Source of the DNA: Burkholderiales bacterium
GTDB lineage: Bacteria; Pseudomonadota; Gammaproteobacteria; Burkholderiales; SG8-39
DNA length: 64,000 bases
Assembly (NCBI GenBank): GCA_036381055.1
Contig: DASVDO010000016.1
Coordinates: 633 to 64,632 of the forward strand
Direction of reading: 5' to 3'
The notes under the pieces are model-generated. The model ran no database searches and was not told where the DNA came from. It saw only the letters and a program-made list of their open reading frames with translations. This document shows positions 40,725 through 50,369 of the stretch, piece after piece. A program made the position numbers and the translations under genes. Positions within the stretch are counted from its first letter, which is position 1. Every line of letters starts with the position of its first letter.

Positions 40725-41227
40725 GGCGGATCGTGGCGCTGCTGCTGCTCTCGCTCGGCGCGGCGCTGGCGCGCGCCGAGCAGGCCGACTCGAGCAAGCC
40801 GACGCAGATCGAGGCGAACCGCATGCAGGCCGACGACGTGCGGCGGCTCACCATCTTCGAGGGCGACGTGGTGGTGACGCGCGGCACGCTCAAGATCGAG
40901 GCCGACCGCATCGTCGTGCGCCAGGACGCCGAGGGCTACCAGCACTCGACCGCCACCGGCACGCCGGTGAAGTTCCGCCAGCGCCTCGACGCCAAGCCGC
41001 CCGCCAAGGAAGGCGGCTGGATGGAAGGCGAGGCGCAGCGCATCGAGCTCGACGACCGCACCGGCAAGATCGAGCTGTTCGGCGAGGCGCGCGTCAACCG
41101 CGCCGGCGACGAGGTGGCGGGCGACTACATCCTGGTCGACCAGCGCGCCGACTTCTTCACCGTGACGCCGGGCAAGGGCCAGGGCCGGGTGCGCGCCACG
41201 TTGCAGCCCAAGCCCCCCGCCAAGTGA
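40721..41227 (+). CDS. lptA: LPS transport periplasmic protein LptA
   Basis: ATG 40721 in an ATGA overlap. Signal peptide, then [40 protein letters not shown] (OstA-like). Confidence 0.9.
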   Translation: MRRIVALLLLSLGAALARAEQADSSKPTQIEANRMQADDVRRLTIFEGDVVVTRGTLKIEADRIVVRQDAEGYQHSTATGTPVKFRQRLDAKPPAKEGGWMEGEAQRIELDDRTGKIELFGEARVNRAGDEVAGDYILVDQRADFFTVTPGKGQGRVRATLQPKPPAK

Positions 41228-41958
41228 TGGAAGGGCACAGCTCGCTGCGCGCGCAGCGCCTGCGCAAGCGCTACAAGTCGCGCACCGTGGTGCAGGACGT
41301 GTCGCTCGAGGTGTCGAGCGGCGAGGTGGTCGGTCTGCTCGGCCCGAACGGCGCCGGCAAGACCACCTGCTTCTACATGATCGTCGGCCTGGTGCCGGCC
41401 GACGCGGGCAGCATCCACCTCGACCAGATCGAGCTCACGCACCTGCCGATCCATCGCCGCGCGCGGCTCGGCATCTCCTACCTGCCGCAGGAGAACTCGG
41501 TATTCCGCCGCCTGACCGTCGAGGAGAACGTGCAGGCGATCCTCGAGCTGCAGGGCCTGCCGCCCGAGGAGATCGAGGCGCGCCTGGGCGAGCTGCTCAA
41601 GGACCTGAACATCGCGCACCTGCGCAAGCACGCCGCGCTGTCGCTTTCGGGCGGCGAACGGCGCCGCCTGGAGATCGCGCGCGCGCTCGGCACGCGGCCG
41701 GCCTTCATCCTGCTCGACGAGCCCTTCGCCGGGGTCGACCCGATCGCCGTGCTGGACATCCAGCGCATCATCCGGTTCCTGAAGGAGCGGCGCATCGGCG
41801 TGCTCATAACGGACCATAACGTGCGCGAGACGCTGGGTATCTGCGACCGCGCCTATATCATCAACGAAGGCGCGGTGCTCGCCTCCGGCCACCCCGAGGA
41901 GATTGTCTATAATGACAGCGTGCGCCGGGTCTACCTGGGCGAGAATTTCCGCATGTAG
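41224..41958 (+). CDS. lptB: LPS export ABC transporter ATP-binding protein LptB
   Basis: [20 protein letters not shown]...[18 protein letters not shown]...[15 protein letters not shown]. Confidence 0.95.
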   Translation: MMEGHSSLRAQRLRKRYKSRTVVQDVSLEVSSGEVVGLLGPNGAGKTTCFYMIVGLVPADAGSIHLDQIELTHLPIHRRARLGISYLPQENSVFRRLTVEENVQAILELQGLPPEEIEARLGELLKDLNIAHLRKHAALSLSGGERRRLEIARALGTRPAFILLDEPFAGVDPIAVLDIQRIIRFLKERRIGVLITDHNVRETLGICDRAYIINEGAVLASGHPEEIVYNDSVRRVYLGENFRM

Positions 41959-42006
41959 CGGCTTCGTCGCCCTGTAATCTCTCTCCGGCACACTGCAGAA
42001 AACCCG

Positions 42007-43413
42007 ATGAAGCCCTCCCTGCAGTTCCGGCTCTCGCAGCACCTGACGCTGACGCCGCAGCTGCAGCAGTCGATCCGGCTGCTGCAGCTCTCCACCGTCG
42101 AGCTGAACCAGGAGATCGAGCGCATCCTGATGGAGAACCCGGCGCTCGAGCGCGAGGAGCACGACGAGGCCGAGGCGGCGCCGGCCGTCGGCGCGGGGGC
42201 CGCGGGCGTCGCCGACGCGCCGGCCGAGGCGGCGCCCGACACCACGCCCTCGGAGGCCGACTGGTCGCTCGACCTGGCGCGCAACTGGCGCAGCGGCGAC
42301 GACGAGGAAGGCGAGCGCACCTTCAGCGCCCCCGACACGCCGACCCTGCGCGAGCACCTGCGCGGCCAGCTCGCGCTGCTCAAGCTGGGCGAGCGCGACC
42401 GCGCCTTCGTCGAGCTCCTGATCGACGCGCTGGACGACGACGGCTACCTGACGCAGAGCCTGGAGGAAATCGCGGCGATGCTGCCGCCCGAGGTGCAGGC
42501 CGACCCCGAGGAGCTGTCGATCGCGCTGCACTACCTGCAGAACCTCGAGCCGGCGGGCGTCGGCGCGCGCTCGCCGGCGGAATGCCTGTCGCTGCAGCTC
42601 AAGAACTGCCTCGCCGAGCCGCACTGCCGGCTCGCGCAGGAGATCGTGCAGAAGCACCTCGAGCTGCTTGCCAACCGCGACTACACGCGGCTGAAGAGCC
42701 TGACCGGCGCCGCCGACGACGAGCTGCGCGCGGCGCAGCGCCTGATCCAGGGACTCAATCCGCGCCCCGGCTCGGCGTTCGCCAAGGTCGAGGCGCGCTA
42801 CGTGGTGCCCGACGTGGTGGTGCGCAAGGTGCGCGGCGCCTGGCGCGCCAGCCTCAACCCCGAGGCGATGCCGCGCCTGCGCATCAACCGCCTGTACGCC
42901 GAGCTCGCCGCCGGCGCGCGCGCGAGCGGCGGCGGCCTGTCCTCGCAGCTGCAGGAGGCGCGCTGGCTGATCAAGAACGTGCAGCAGCGCTTCGAGACCA
43001 TCCTGCGCGTGTCGCAGGCGATCGTCGACCGGCAGCGCCACTTCCTCGAGCACGGCGAGGTGGCGATGCGGCCGCTGGTGCTGCGCGAGATCGCCGAGAC
43101 GCTCGGCCTGCACGAGAGCACCATCTCGCGCGTCACCACGCAGAAGTACATGGCGACGCCGCGCGGCACCTTCGAGCTGAAGTACTTCTTCGGCAGCCAC
43201 GTCGCCACCGAGGCGGGCGGCGCCGCCTCCTCGACCGCGATCCGCGCGCTGATCAAGCAGCTGGTCGCCGCCGAGGACGCGCGCGCGCCGCTCTCCGACG
43301 CCCGCATCTCGCAGATCCTCGGCGAGCAGGGCATCGTCGTGGCGCGCCGCACCATCGCCAAGTACCGCGAGTCCCTGCAGATTCCCGCAGTCAACCAGCG
43401 AAAGGCCCTGTGA
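42007..43413 (+). CDS. rpoN: RNA polymerase sigma-54 factor
   Basis: [38 protein letters not shown]..., and the C-terminal RpoN box [12 protein letters not shown]. Confidence 0.97.
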   Translation: MKPSLQFRLSQHLTLTPQLQQSIRLLQLSTVELNQEIERILMENPALEREEHDEAEAAPAVGAGAAGVADAPAEAAPDTTPSEADWSLDLARNWRSGDDEEGERTFSAPDTPTLREHLRGQLALLKLGERDRAFVELLIDALDDDGYLTQSLEEIAAMLPPEVQADPEELSIALHYLQNLEPAGVGARSPAECLSLQLKNCLAEPHCRLAQEIVQKHLELLANRDYTRLKSLTGAADDELRAAQRLIQGLNPRPGSAFAKVEARYVVPDVVVRKVRGAWRASLNPEAMPRLRINRLYAELAAGARASGGGLSSQLQEARWLIKNVQQRFETILRVSQAIVDRQRHFLEHGEVAMRPLVLREIAETLGLHESTISRVTTQKYMATPRGTFELKYFFGSHVATEAGGAASSTAIRALIKQLVAAEDARAPLSDARISQILGEQGIVVARRTIAKYRESLQIPAVNQRKAL

Positions 43414-43414
43414 C

Positions 43415-43708
43415 ATGAACCTGAGCGTGAGCGGGCATCACCTGGAAGTCACGCCGGCGATCCGCGACTACGTGCGCTCCAAGATCGAGCGCGTGACGCG
43501 CCACTTCGACCACGTCATCGACGCGCACGTGATCCTCACCGTGGACAAGCTGCGCCAGAAGGCCGAGGTGACCCTGCACGTGCGGGGCAAGGACCTGCAC
43601 TGCTCGAGCGAGGAGGACGATTTGTACGCGGCGATCGACCTGCTGGCCGACAAGCTCGACCGGCAGGTGCTACGCTACAAGGACAAGCGCTACGAGAAGC
43701 GGATATGA
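43415..43708 (+). CDS. hpf: Ribosome hibernation promoting factor (short HPF/YhbH)
   Basis: MNLSVSGHHLEVTPAIRDYVRSKIERVTRHFDHV...; 97 aa, directly after rpoN. Confidence 0.93.
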   Translation: MNLSVSGHHLEVTPAIRDYVRSKIERVTRHFDHVIDAHVILTVDKLRQKAEVTLHVRGKDLHCSSEEDDLYAAIDLLADKLDRQVLRYKDKRYEKRI

Positions 43709-44190
43709 GCCTGGTCGCCAAGCTGCTGAACGAGAGCCACGTCGCCGTCGACCTGCAGGTGTCGAGCAAGAAGCGCCTGTTCGAGCAGGCGGGGCTGCTG
43801 TTCGAGAACCAGGACGGCATCGCGCGCAGCGTGGTGTTCGAGAGCCTGTTCGCGCGCGAGCGGCTCGGCTCGACCGGGCTCGGCCAGGGCGTGGCGATCC
43901 CGCACGGCCGCATCAAGGGCCTGAAGGAAGCGCAGGGGGCGCTGCTGCGCCTCGCGCAGCCGGTGCCGTTCGACGCGCCCGACGGGCTGCCGGTCGGGCT
44001 GGTGTTCGTGCTGCTCGTGCCCGAGAAGGCGACCGAGAAGCACCTGCAGATCCTGTCCGAGCTCGCGCAGATGTTCTCCGACCGGCCGCTGCGCGAGGCG
44101 ATGGCGCGCGCGCCCGACGCGCAGGCCCTCTACCAGCTGGTCAGCGCATGGCAGCCCGATGCTGCAGGTCAACGTCGCGCGGCTGCATGA
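43705..44190 (+). CDS. ptsN: PTS-Ntr EIIA component
   Basis: Active-site context GLGQGVAIPHGRIKGL; ATGA overlap with hpf. Confidence 0.92.
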   Translation: MSLVAKLLNESHVAVDLQVSSKKRLFEQAGLLFENQDGIARSVVFESLFARERLGSTGLGQGVAIPHGRIKGLKEAQGALLRLAQPVPFDAPDGLPVGLVFVLLVPEKATEKHLQILSELAQMFSDRPLREAMARAPDAQALYQLVSAWQPDAAGQRRAAA

Positions 44191-45067
44191 CGACAACCGC
44201 GAGGCGCTGTCGCTCGCCTGGATCGCCGGGCGCGAAGGCGGCACCGCGGTGCGCCGCGAGGCCGCGGCCGCGGCGGCGCTGATCGGCCACCTCAACCTCA
44301 CCCATCCCAACTCGATCCAGGTGATCGGCGCCTACGAGGCGGGCCTGGTGCCGACCTTCGTCGATCGCCTGTTCGAGTCGCACCCGGCCGCGGTGATCGT
44401 CGCCGACGGCGTCGCCGCGCCGCCGGCGCTGGTCGAGTCGGCGGCGCGCACGCGCACGCCGCTCTTCACCTCGCCGCTGCCGGCGCCGCGCGTGATCGAG
44501 AAGCTGGCGCGCTACCTCGCCAAGGCGCTCGCCGAGACCACCGAGCGGCACGGCGTGTTCATGGACGTGCTCGGCCTGGGCGTGCTGATCACCGGCGAGT
44601 CGGGCGTGGGCAAGAGCGAGCTGGGCCTGGAGCTGATCAGCCGCGGCCACGGCCTGGTGGCCGACGACGTGGTCGAGATCTCGCGCATCGCCGCGTCGGC
44701 GCTGGAAGGCCGCTGCCCGCCGATGCTCAAGGACTTCCTCGAGGTGCGCGGCCTCGGCCTGCTCAACATCCGCACGATCTTCGGCGAGACCGCGGTGCGG
44801 CGCAAGATGAAGCTGCGCCTGATCTGCCACCTCGAGCGCCCGCATCCGGCCGGGCGCGAGCCCGCCGAGCGGCTGCCGCTCGCCGAGCTCTCGGAGGAGA
44901 TCCTCGGCGTGACCATCCGCAAGGTGATCATCCCGGTCGCCGCCGGGCGCAACCTCGCGGTGCTGGTCGAGGCGGCGGTGCGCAACGAGATCCTCAAGCT
45001 ACGCGGCATCGACTCGACCGCCGAGTTCCTGGCGCGCCAGAAGCAGCGGATGGAAAACGACAACTAG
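44159..45067 (+). CDS. hprK: HPr kinase/phosphorylase
   Basis: HGVFMDVLGLGVLITGESGVGKSELGLELISRGHGLVADD...LEVRGLGLLNIR. Confidence 0.93.
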   Translation: MLQVNVARLHDDNREALSLAWIAGREGGTAVRREAAAAAALIGHLNLTHPNSIQVIGAYEAGLVPTFVDRLFESHPAAVIVADGVAAPPALVESAARTRTPLFTSPLPAPRVIEKLARYLAKALAETTERHGVFMDVLGLGVLITGESGVGKSELGLELISRGHGLVADDVVEISRIAASALEGRCPPMLKDFLEVRGLGLLNIRTIFGETAVRRKMKLRLICHLERPHPAGREPAERLPLAELSEEILGVTIRKVIIPVAAGRNLAVLVEAAVRNEILKLRGIDSTAEFLARQKQRMENDN

Positions 45068-45912
45068 TGCAGCTCGTTCTCGTCAGCGGCCTCTCCGGCT
45101 CGGGCAAGAGCATCGCGCTCAACATGCTCGAGGACGCGGGCTACTACTGCGTCGACAACCTGCCGGCGACGCTGCTGCTCGAGACCGCCGACTGGCTCGC
45201 CGAGTCGGGGCACGAGCGCGTCGCGGTGAGCATCGACGCGCGCAGCGGCGCCCTGCCGGTGCTGCCCGAGTCGATCGAGCGGCTGCGCGGCCGCGGCGTC
45301 GACTGCCGGGTGATCTTCCTCGAGGCGAACGCCTCGACGCTGCTGCGCCGCTTCTCCGAGACGCGCCGCCGCCACCCGCTCGCCGGCAGCGCGCTCACCC
45401 TGCCCGAGGCGATCGAGCGCGAGCGCGGCCTGCTCGCCGGCATCGCACCGCTCGGGCAGCGCATCGACACGAGCGAGCTGCAGCCGCGCGTGCTGCAGAA
45501 CTGGATCCGCGACCTGCTCGGCATCGGCGCCGGCACGCTGACGCTGGTGTTCGAGTCGTTCTCCTACAAGGACGGCATCCCGCTCGACGCCGACTGGGTG
45601 CTGGATGCGCGCATGATCGGCAACCCGCACTACGACCCGCAGCTTCGCCCCTACACCGGGCGCGACGCGCCGGTGATCGAGTTCCTGGCGCGCGACGACT
45701 CGGCGCAGCGCTGGCTCGCCGACGTGCGCGCGCTGCTCGGGCGCTGGCTGCCCGAGATCGTGCGCGAGAACCGCAGCTACGTGTGCGTGGCGATCGGCTG
45801 CACCGGCGGCCGCCATCGCTCGGTGTACCTCGCCGAGCAGCTCGCCGGGGCGTTCCGCCGCGACTGGCGCGTGCTGGTGCGCCACCGCCGGCTGCACAAG
45901 GAAGCGCCATAG
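45067..45912 (+). CDS. rapZ: RNase adapter protein RapZ (YhbJ)
   Basis: GTG start. VLVSGLSGSGKSIALNMLEDAGYYCVDNLP ... AIGCTGGRHRSVYLAEQL. Confidence 0.94.
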   Translation: MQLVLVSGLSGSGKSIALNMLEDAGYYCVDNLPATLLLETADWLAESGHERVAVSIDARSGALPVLPESIERLRGRGVDCRVIFLEANASTLLRRFSETRRRHPLAGSALTLPEAIERERGLLAGIAPLGQRIDTSELQPRVLQNWIRDLLGIGAGTLTLVFESFSYKDGIPLDADWVLDARMIGNPHYDPQLRPYTGRDAPVIEFLARDDSAQRWLADVRALLGRWLPEIVRENRSYVCVAIGCTGGRHRSVYLAEQLAGAFRRDWRVLVRHRRLHKEAP

Positions 45913-45917
45913 AAAGC

Positions 45918-46493
45918 CTGCCGCTTTTCCTGCTGCAGACGGTGCTGTTCCCCGGCGGACGGCTGCCGCTGCGCGTCTTCGAGGCGCGCTACATGGACAT
46001 GGCGCGCGCCTGCCTGCGCGAGGGCTCGCCGTTCGGCGTGTGCCTGATCGTCGAAGGCCGCGAAGTCGGCGGGCCGGCCACGCCGGCGCCGGTCGGCACG
46101 CTGGCGCGCATCGTCGAGTGGGACATGCCGCAGCTCGGGCTGCTGCACATCGTCGCGGCGGGCGAGCGCCGCTTCCGCCTGCGCGAGCGCGAGGTGCGCA
46201 AGGACGGCCTGACGGTGGCGAGCGTGGAAATGCTGCCCGAGGAGACCGACGCGCCCGTCCCGCCCGCCGGCGCGCACTGCGCACGGCTGCTCGAGCGGCT
46301 GATCGAGCAGGAGCCGGGGCTTTTCGCCGAGCCGCACCGCCTGGACTCGAGCGCCTGGGTAAGCGCGCGGCTTGCCGAGATCCTGCCGCTCGCGCCCGAC
46401 GCCAAGCAGGCGCTGCTCGAGCTCGACGCCGGCGCGGCGCGCCTGGCGCGGATCAGCGCGCTGCTGCGCGAAGCCGTGCCGCCAGCGTCCTGA
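45918..46493 (+). CDS. LON substrate-binding (Lon N-terminal) domain protein; start codon uncertain/non-canonical
   Basis: LPLFLLQTVLFPGGRLPLRVFEARYMDMARACLREGSPFGVCLI is the Lon-N signature. There is no ATG/GTG/TTG between 45783 (deep inside rapZ) and the conserved N-terminus. Candidates are ATA 45909, CTG 45918 and GTG 45942. Confidence 0.75.
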   Translation: MPLFLLQTVLFPGGRLPLRVFEARYMDMARACLREGSPFGVCLIVEGREVGGPATPAPVGTLARIVEWDMPQLGLLHIVAAGERRFRLREREVRKDGLTVASVEMLPEETDAPVPPAGAHCARLLERLIEQEPGLFAEPHRLDSSAWVSARLAEILPLAPDAKQALLELDAGAARLARISALLREAVPPAS

Positions 46494-47415
46494 CCGGCGC
46501 CGGCACCGCGGCGCGCTCGAGCGCCGCGAGGCTCATCCAGCGCATTCCACTCTCCGGCTTCCCGGTGGAGGCTGTTTCCCGCAGGACCGGTTGTATGCGC
46601 AGCCGGAAATGCGTGAAGCCGTGCTCGATCACGCCGAGCGGCCGGTCGCCGGGCGCGCGCCTGCCCGCCGGGAAGCACCACAGGCCGCCCCAGATGCCGG
46701 GCGAAGGCCGGCGCTCGACGAGCACCTTCCCGCCGCGGCGCTGCACCAGCCAGGTGACGCGCTTCTGCGGCAGCGGCGCGCGCGCGCGCCGCGCCGGCAG
46801 TCGCGCCTGCCAGCCGCGGCGATGCGCTTCGCAGCGCCGCGCCACCGGGCAGCGCTCGCACGCGGGCCTCGCGCGAGTGCACACGGTGGCCCCGAGGTCC
46901 ATGAGCGCCTGCGTGTAGCGCTCGACGTCGCGCTCGGGAAGCTCGGCCTCGGCCCTGCGCCACAGCGCCTTCTCCCCTTCGATGGCGAAGCAGCGCGCCA
47001 GCACGCGCTTCACGTTGCCGTCGAGGATCGCCGCGCGTGCGCCGAAGGCGAACACCGCGATCGCCGCCGCGGTAGAGCGTCCGACGCCGGGCAGCGCCTG
47101 GAGGGTCTCCGGCGTGCGCGGAAAGCCGCTGCGCGCGATTTCGCGCGCGGCGCGGTGCAGGTTGCGGCCGCGCGCGTAGTAGCCGAGGCCGCTCCAGAGC
47201 CTGAGCACCTCCTCCTGCGAGGCGCGCGCGAGCGCGCGCACGTCGGGGAAGCGCGCGAGGAAACGCTCGTAGTAGGGAATCACCGTGGCGACCTGCGTCT
47301 GCTGCAGCATCACCTCGGAGAGCCAGATGCGGTACGGGTCGCGCGTGCCCTGCCACGGCAGGTCGCGGCGGCCGTGCACGCGCTGCCAGCGCACGAGCTG
47401 CTCGGCGAAAGTCAT
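46453..47415 (-). CDS. mutY: A/G-specific adenine DNA glycosylase
   Basis: RDLPWQGTRDPYRIWLSEVMLQQTQVATVIPYY, HhH LPGVGRSTAAAI, and the 4Fe-4S cluster CTRARPACERCPVARRC. Confidence 0.93.
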   Translation of the reverse strand: MTFAEQLVRWQRVHGRRDLPWQGTRDPYRIWLSEVMLQQTQVATVIPYYERFLARFPDVRALARASQEEVLRLWSGLGYYARGRNLHRAAREIARSGFPRTPETLQALPGVGRSTAAAIAVFAFGARAAILDGNVKRVLARCFAIEGEKALWRRAEAELPERDVERYTQALMDLGATVCTRARPACERCPVARRCEAHRRGWQARLPARRARAPLPQKRVTWLVQRRGGKVLVERRPSPGIWGGLWCFPAGRRAPGDRPLGVIEHGFTHFRLRIQPVLRETASTGKPESGMRWMSLAALERAAVPAPVRTLAARLRAAAR

Positions 47416-47426
47416 CGTTTAAGATT

Positions 47427-48611
47427 GTGCCGCCCATGGCCACGCCGGTCGAGACGATTCGCGGCTATCACGCCGAGCTGCAGGCGCTGCGCCGCGACCT
47501 GCACGCGCACCCGGAGCTCGGCTTCGAGGAGCGGCGCACCAGCGCGCTGGTCGCCGAGCGGCTCGCCGGCTGGGGCATCGAGGTGCACGCCGGCATCGCG
47601 CGCACCGGCGTGGTCGGCGTGATCCGCGGCCAGGCGCCGGGCGGCGCGATCGGCCTGCGCGCCGACATGGACTGCCTGCCGGTCGAGGAGGTGAACGACT
47701 TCGCGCACCGCTCGCAGCATCCGGGCCGCATGCACGCCTGCGGCCACGACGGCCATACCGCGATGCTGCTCGGCGCGGCGCGCTATCTCGCCGAGACGCG
47801 CCGCTTCGCCGGCTCGGCGTTCGTCATCTTCCAGCCGGCGGAGGAGTCGGGCGGCGGCGGCCACGCGATGGTCGAGGAGGGGCTCTTCCGGCGCTTCCCC
47901 GCCGAGCAGGTGTACGCGCTGCACAACTGGCCGGGATTGCCGCCGGGCAAGATGGCGGTGCGCGCCGGCCCGGTCATGGCGGCGACCGACGAGGTGCGCA
48001 TCACCGTGCGCGGGCGCGGCGGCCATGCCGCCATGCCGCACCTCGCGCTCGACCCGGTGGTCGCCGCGGCGCAGGTGATCTCGGCGCTGCAGACCATCGC
48101 CAGCCGCTCGGTGAGCCCGCTCGATGCCGTCGTGGTGAGCATCTGCTCGATGCAGACCAGCCAGGTCGGCGCGTTCAACATCATCCCCGACGCGGTGACC
48201 CTGATCGGCACGGTGCGCAGCTTCCGCGCCGAGACGCGCGACCACGCCGAGCGGCGCGTGAAGGAGATCGCGGCGAAGACCGCCGAGGCGCTCGGCGCCA
48301 CGGCCGAGGTCGACTACCGGCGCGGCTATCCCGCCACCGTGAACAGCGCGCGCGAGGCCGAGTTCGCGGCGCGCGTCGGCCGGCGCATCTTCGGCGAGGA
48401 GAACGTCGTCACCGAGCACGAGCCGACCATGGGCGGCGAGGACTTCGCGTACATGCTGCTCGAGCGTCCCGGCGCCTACGTGTTCCTCGGCCAGGGCGGC
48501 CATGAAAGCGGCTGCTGGCTGCATAACCCGCGCTACGACTTCAACGACGCGGTGATTCCACTCGGTGCGGGGTACCTTGCCGCACTGGTTGAAGAGGCCT
48601 TGCCTCTTTAA
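47427..48611 (+). CDS. M20D-family amidohydrolase (aminoacylase/hippurate hydrolase-like)
   Basis: RRDLHAHPELGFEE, MHACGHDGH, QPAEE, and the dimerisation-domain pattern. GTG 47427 or ATG 47436. Confidence 0.88.
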   Translation: MPPMATPVETIRGYHAELQALRRDLHAHPELGFEERRTSALVAERLAGWGIEVHAGIARTGVVGVIRGQAPGGAIGLRADMDCLPVEEVNDFAHRSQHPGRMHACGHDGHTAMLLGAARYLAETRRFAGSAFVIFQPAEESGGGGHAMVEEGLFRRFPAEQVYALHNWPGLPPGKMAVRAGPVMAATDEVRITVRGRGGHAAMPHLALDPVVAAAQVISALQTIASRSVSPLDAVVVSICSMQTSQVGAFNIIPDAVTLIGTVRSFRAETRDHAERRVKEIAAKTAEALGATAEVDYRRGYPATVNSAREAEFAARVGRRIFGEENVVTEHEPTMGGEDFAYMLLERPGAYVFLGQGGHESGCWLHNPRYDFNDAVIPLGAGYLAALVEEALPL

Positions 48612-48612
48612 A

Positions 48613-49521
48613 TCAACCCCTGACGTTCGCGACCCCGAACGGCACGTGGCCCGTGGCGACGTAAGCGCGCGCCGCGTCGACATGGCCGCGCTGGTCGTCG
48701 AAGTAGAAGTCCGGCTCGAAGGCGCGCAGGAACTCGCCCTTGTCCAGGCCGCCGAGGAACATCGCCTCGTCGACGGCCACTTTCCACGCCATGAGCGTGC
48801 GCACCGCGCGCTCGTGCGCCGGCGCGCTGCGCGCGGTGACGAGGGCCGTTCTCACCTTGATGGGCACGTCGGTGCCGGCGGCGCTCTGCAACCGGTGCAG
48901 CGCCTCGAGCAGCGGCTTGAACGGCCCCGGCGGCAGCGGCAGGAGCGCCCGCTCCGCCTCGTGCTCGGTGAAGGCGGACAGGCCGTCGGTCTGGTAGACG
49001 CGCTCGGCCTCGTCGGAGAAGAGCACCGCGTCGCCGTCGAAGGCGATGCGCAGCTCGCCCGCGTGGCGGCTCGCCGCCTGCGCCGACTCCGGGTAGACGC
49101 GCGCCGCCGGGCACTTCGCCTCGAGCGCCGCCATCACGTCGGACTCGTTGGCCGAGAGGAACAGGTTGGCCTTCAGCGAGTCGAGGTAGCGCCACGGGCT
49201 GCGGCCGCGCGTGAACACGCCGCGCTCCAGGTGCAGCCCGGCGTGCTTCGCCGAGCGGAACACGCGCAGGCCGGACACCGGGTCGTTCTTGGAGAGCACC
49301 ACCACTTCCACCCGCTGCGCCGCGGGGGTGTTGAAGGCGAGCAGCTTCTTCACCAGCGGGAACGCCACGCCTTCGCGCGCCGGCACGTCGAGCCGGCCGT
49401 ATTGCAGCGCGATGTAGGCATCCTCGCCGTCGCGCTCGAAGACCCGGTTCTCCTCCTCGAAGTCGAAAAGCGCGCGCGAGGAGATCGCCACGACCAGCTT
49501 GCCCTCGACCGAGAACGCCAT
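48613..49521 (-). CDS. Putative 5'-nucleotidase (cytosolic 5'-nucleotidase I-like family)
   Basis: 302 aa. AISSRALFDFEEENRVF...RIAFDGDAVLFSDEAERVY...FEPDFYFDDQ. This is family recognition from memory, so only moderately secure. Confidence 0.6.
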   Translation of the reverse strand: MAFSVEGKLVVAISSRALFDFEEENRVFERDGEDAYIALQYGRLDVPAREGVAFPLVKKLLAFNTPAAQRVEVVVLSKNDPVSGLRVFRSAKHAGLHLERGVFTRGRSPWRYLDSLKANLFLSANESDVMAALEAKCPAARVYPESAQAASRHAGELRIAFDGDAVLFSDEAERVYQTDGLSAFTEHEAERALLPLPPGPFKPLLEALHRLQSAAGTDVPIKVRTALVTARSAPAHERAVRTLMAWKVAVDEAMFLGGLDKGEFLRAFEPDFYFDDQRGHVDAARAYVATGHVPFGVANVRG

Positions 49522-49632
49522 GAGCCCGATTGTACGGCGGCACCTTAATTCAGCTTTAAGTTTCGCGCGCCTACAGTGGCCGGACGCGGTCCGCCGAGTC
49601 CGCGCCCATCCAACAATCGAGGAGGAGAAATC

Positions 49633-49842
49633 ATGCGTTTCATGCCTGTTCTGGCGCTTTTGGCGCTCGCGCTTTCCGTGCCCGCCTATGCCGACGGCTA
49701 CTGGGTCGACAGGAGCGGCAAGATCCTGAAGACCGCCAAGGCCGGGTTCTGCATCCGCACCGGCAAGTGGGATGCGAAGAAGGCCGACCGCGCCTGCATG
49801 GAGGCCGCGAAGAAGGGCTCTTCGATGGCGATGAAGAAGTAG
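49633..49842 (+). CDS. Small secreted Lys-rich protein (69 aa precursor), unknown function
   Basis: Strong RBS GGAGGAG 5 nt upstream of ATG 49633. Signal peptide MRFMPVLALLALALSVPAYA. The mature 49 aa contain 10 Lys and 2 Cys. Confidence 0.6.
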   Translation: MRFMPVLALLALALSVPAYADGYWVDRSGKILKTAKAGFCIRTGKWDAKKADRACMEAAKKGSSMAMKK

Positions 49843-49898
49843 CGAGCTCGTGACTTAGGACGCGGGCGACCCGAACCCCGGCGTGGCAGCATTCGCCG

Positions 49899-50369
49899 GT
49901 GCGCTGGTCGCTCGCCGTTCCCCTCCTTCTCGCAGCCGTGCTGCTCGCCGGCTGCGCGAGCACACCGCCCTCCCCCGCTCCTTCCGTATCCGCAAAGACG
50001 GGCGCCCGCGCCGCGGCGCAGGCGTTGAAGATGGTCGGCAAGCGCTACCGCTACGGCGGCGCCTCGCCCTCGCAGGGCTTCGATTGCAGCGGGCTGGTGC
50101 AGTACAGCTACCGGCAGGCCGGCGTGAAGCTGCCGCGCAGCACCGCAGCGCAACTCCGCGCCACGCGGCCGATTCGCCGCGCCGAGCTGCGCCGCGGCGA
50201 CCTGATCTTCTTCGACGAGAAGTCCGGCCCGGACTCGCACGTCGGCATCTACCTCGGCGACGGCACCTTCGTGCACGCGCCTTCTTCGGGCAAGAAGGTG
50301 CGGCGCGATCGGCTCGATTCGCCTTACTGGCGCAGGCACATCTCCGAGCTGCGGCGGGTGTCGGGCTAG
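49899..50369 (+). CDS. NlpC/P60-family peptidoglycan endopeptidase lipoprotein
   Basis: Lipobox LLAGC, catalytic context YRYGGASPSQGFDCSGLVQYSY ... HVGIYLGDGTFVHAP. GTG start. Confidence 0.9.
   Translation: MRWSLAVPLLLAAVLLAGCASTPPSPAPSVSAKTGARAAAQALKMVGKRYRYGGASPSQGFDCSGLVQYSYRQAGVKLPRSTAAQLRATRPIRRAELRRGDLIFFDEKSGPDSHVGIYLGDGTFVHAPSSGKKVRRDRLDSPYWRRHISELRRVSG

Noticed and set aside
46453-46493. 41-nt convergent overlap between the 3' ends of the LON-domain gene and mutY.
   Set aside because: Both reading frames are supported by conserved sequence up to near their ends. Convergent 3' overlaps are common in compact GC-rich genomes. There is no extra structure or repeat here.
49610-49632. 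A 12-nt identity (CAATCGAGGAGG) upstream of the small-peptide gene (49610-49632) and upstream of the Rieske oxygenase gene (51058-51075).
   Set aside because: The shared part is essentially a Shine-Dalgarno sequence plus four bases. With only two copies and no flanking similarity, it is most simply coincidence between two strong ribosome-binding sites.
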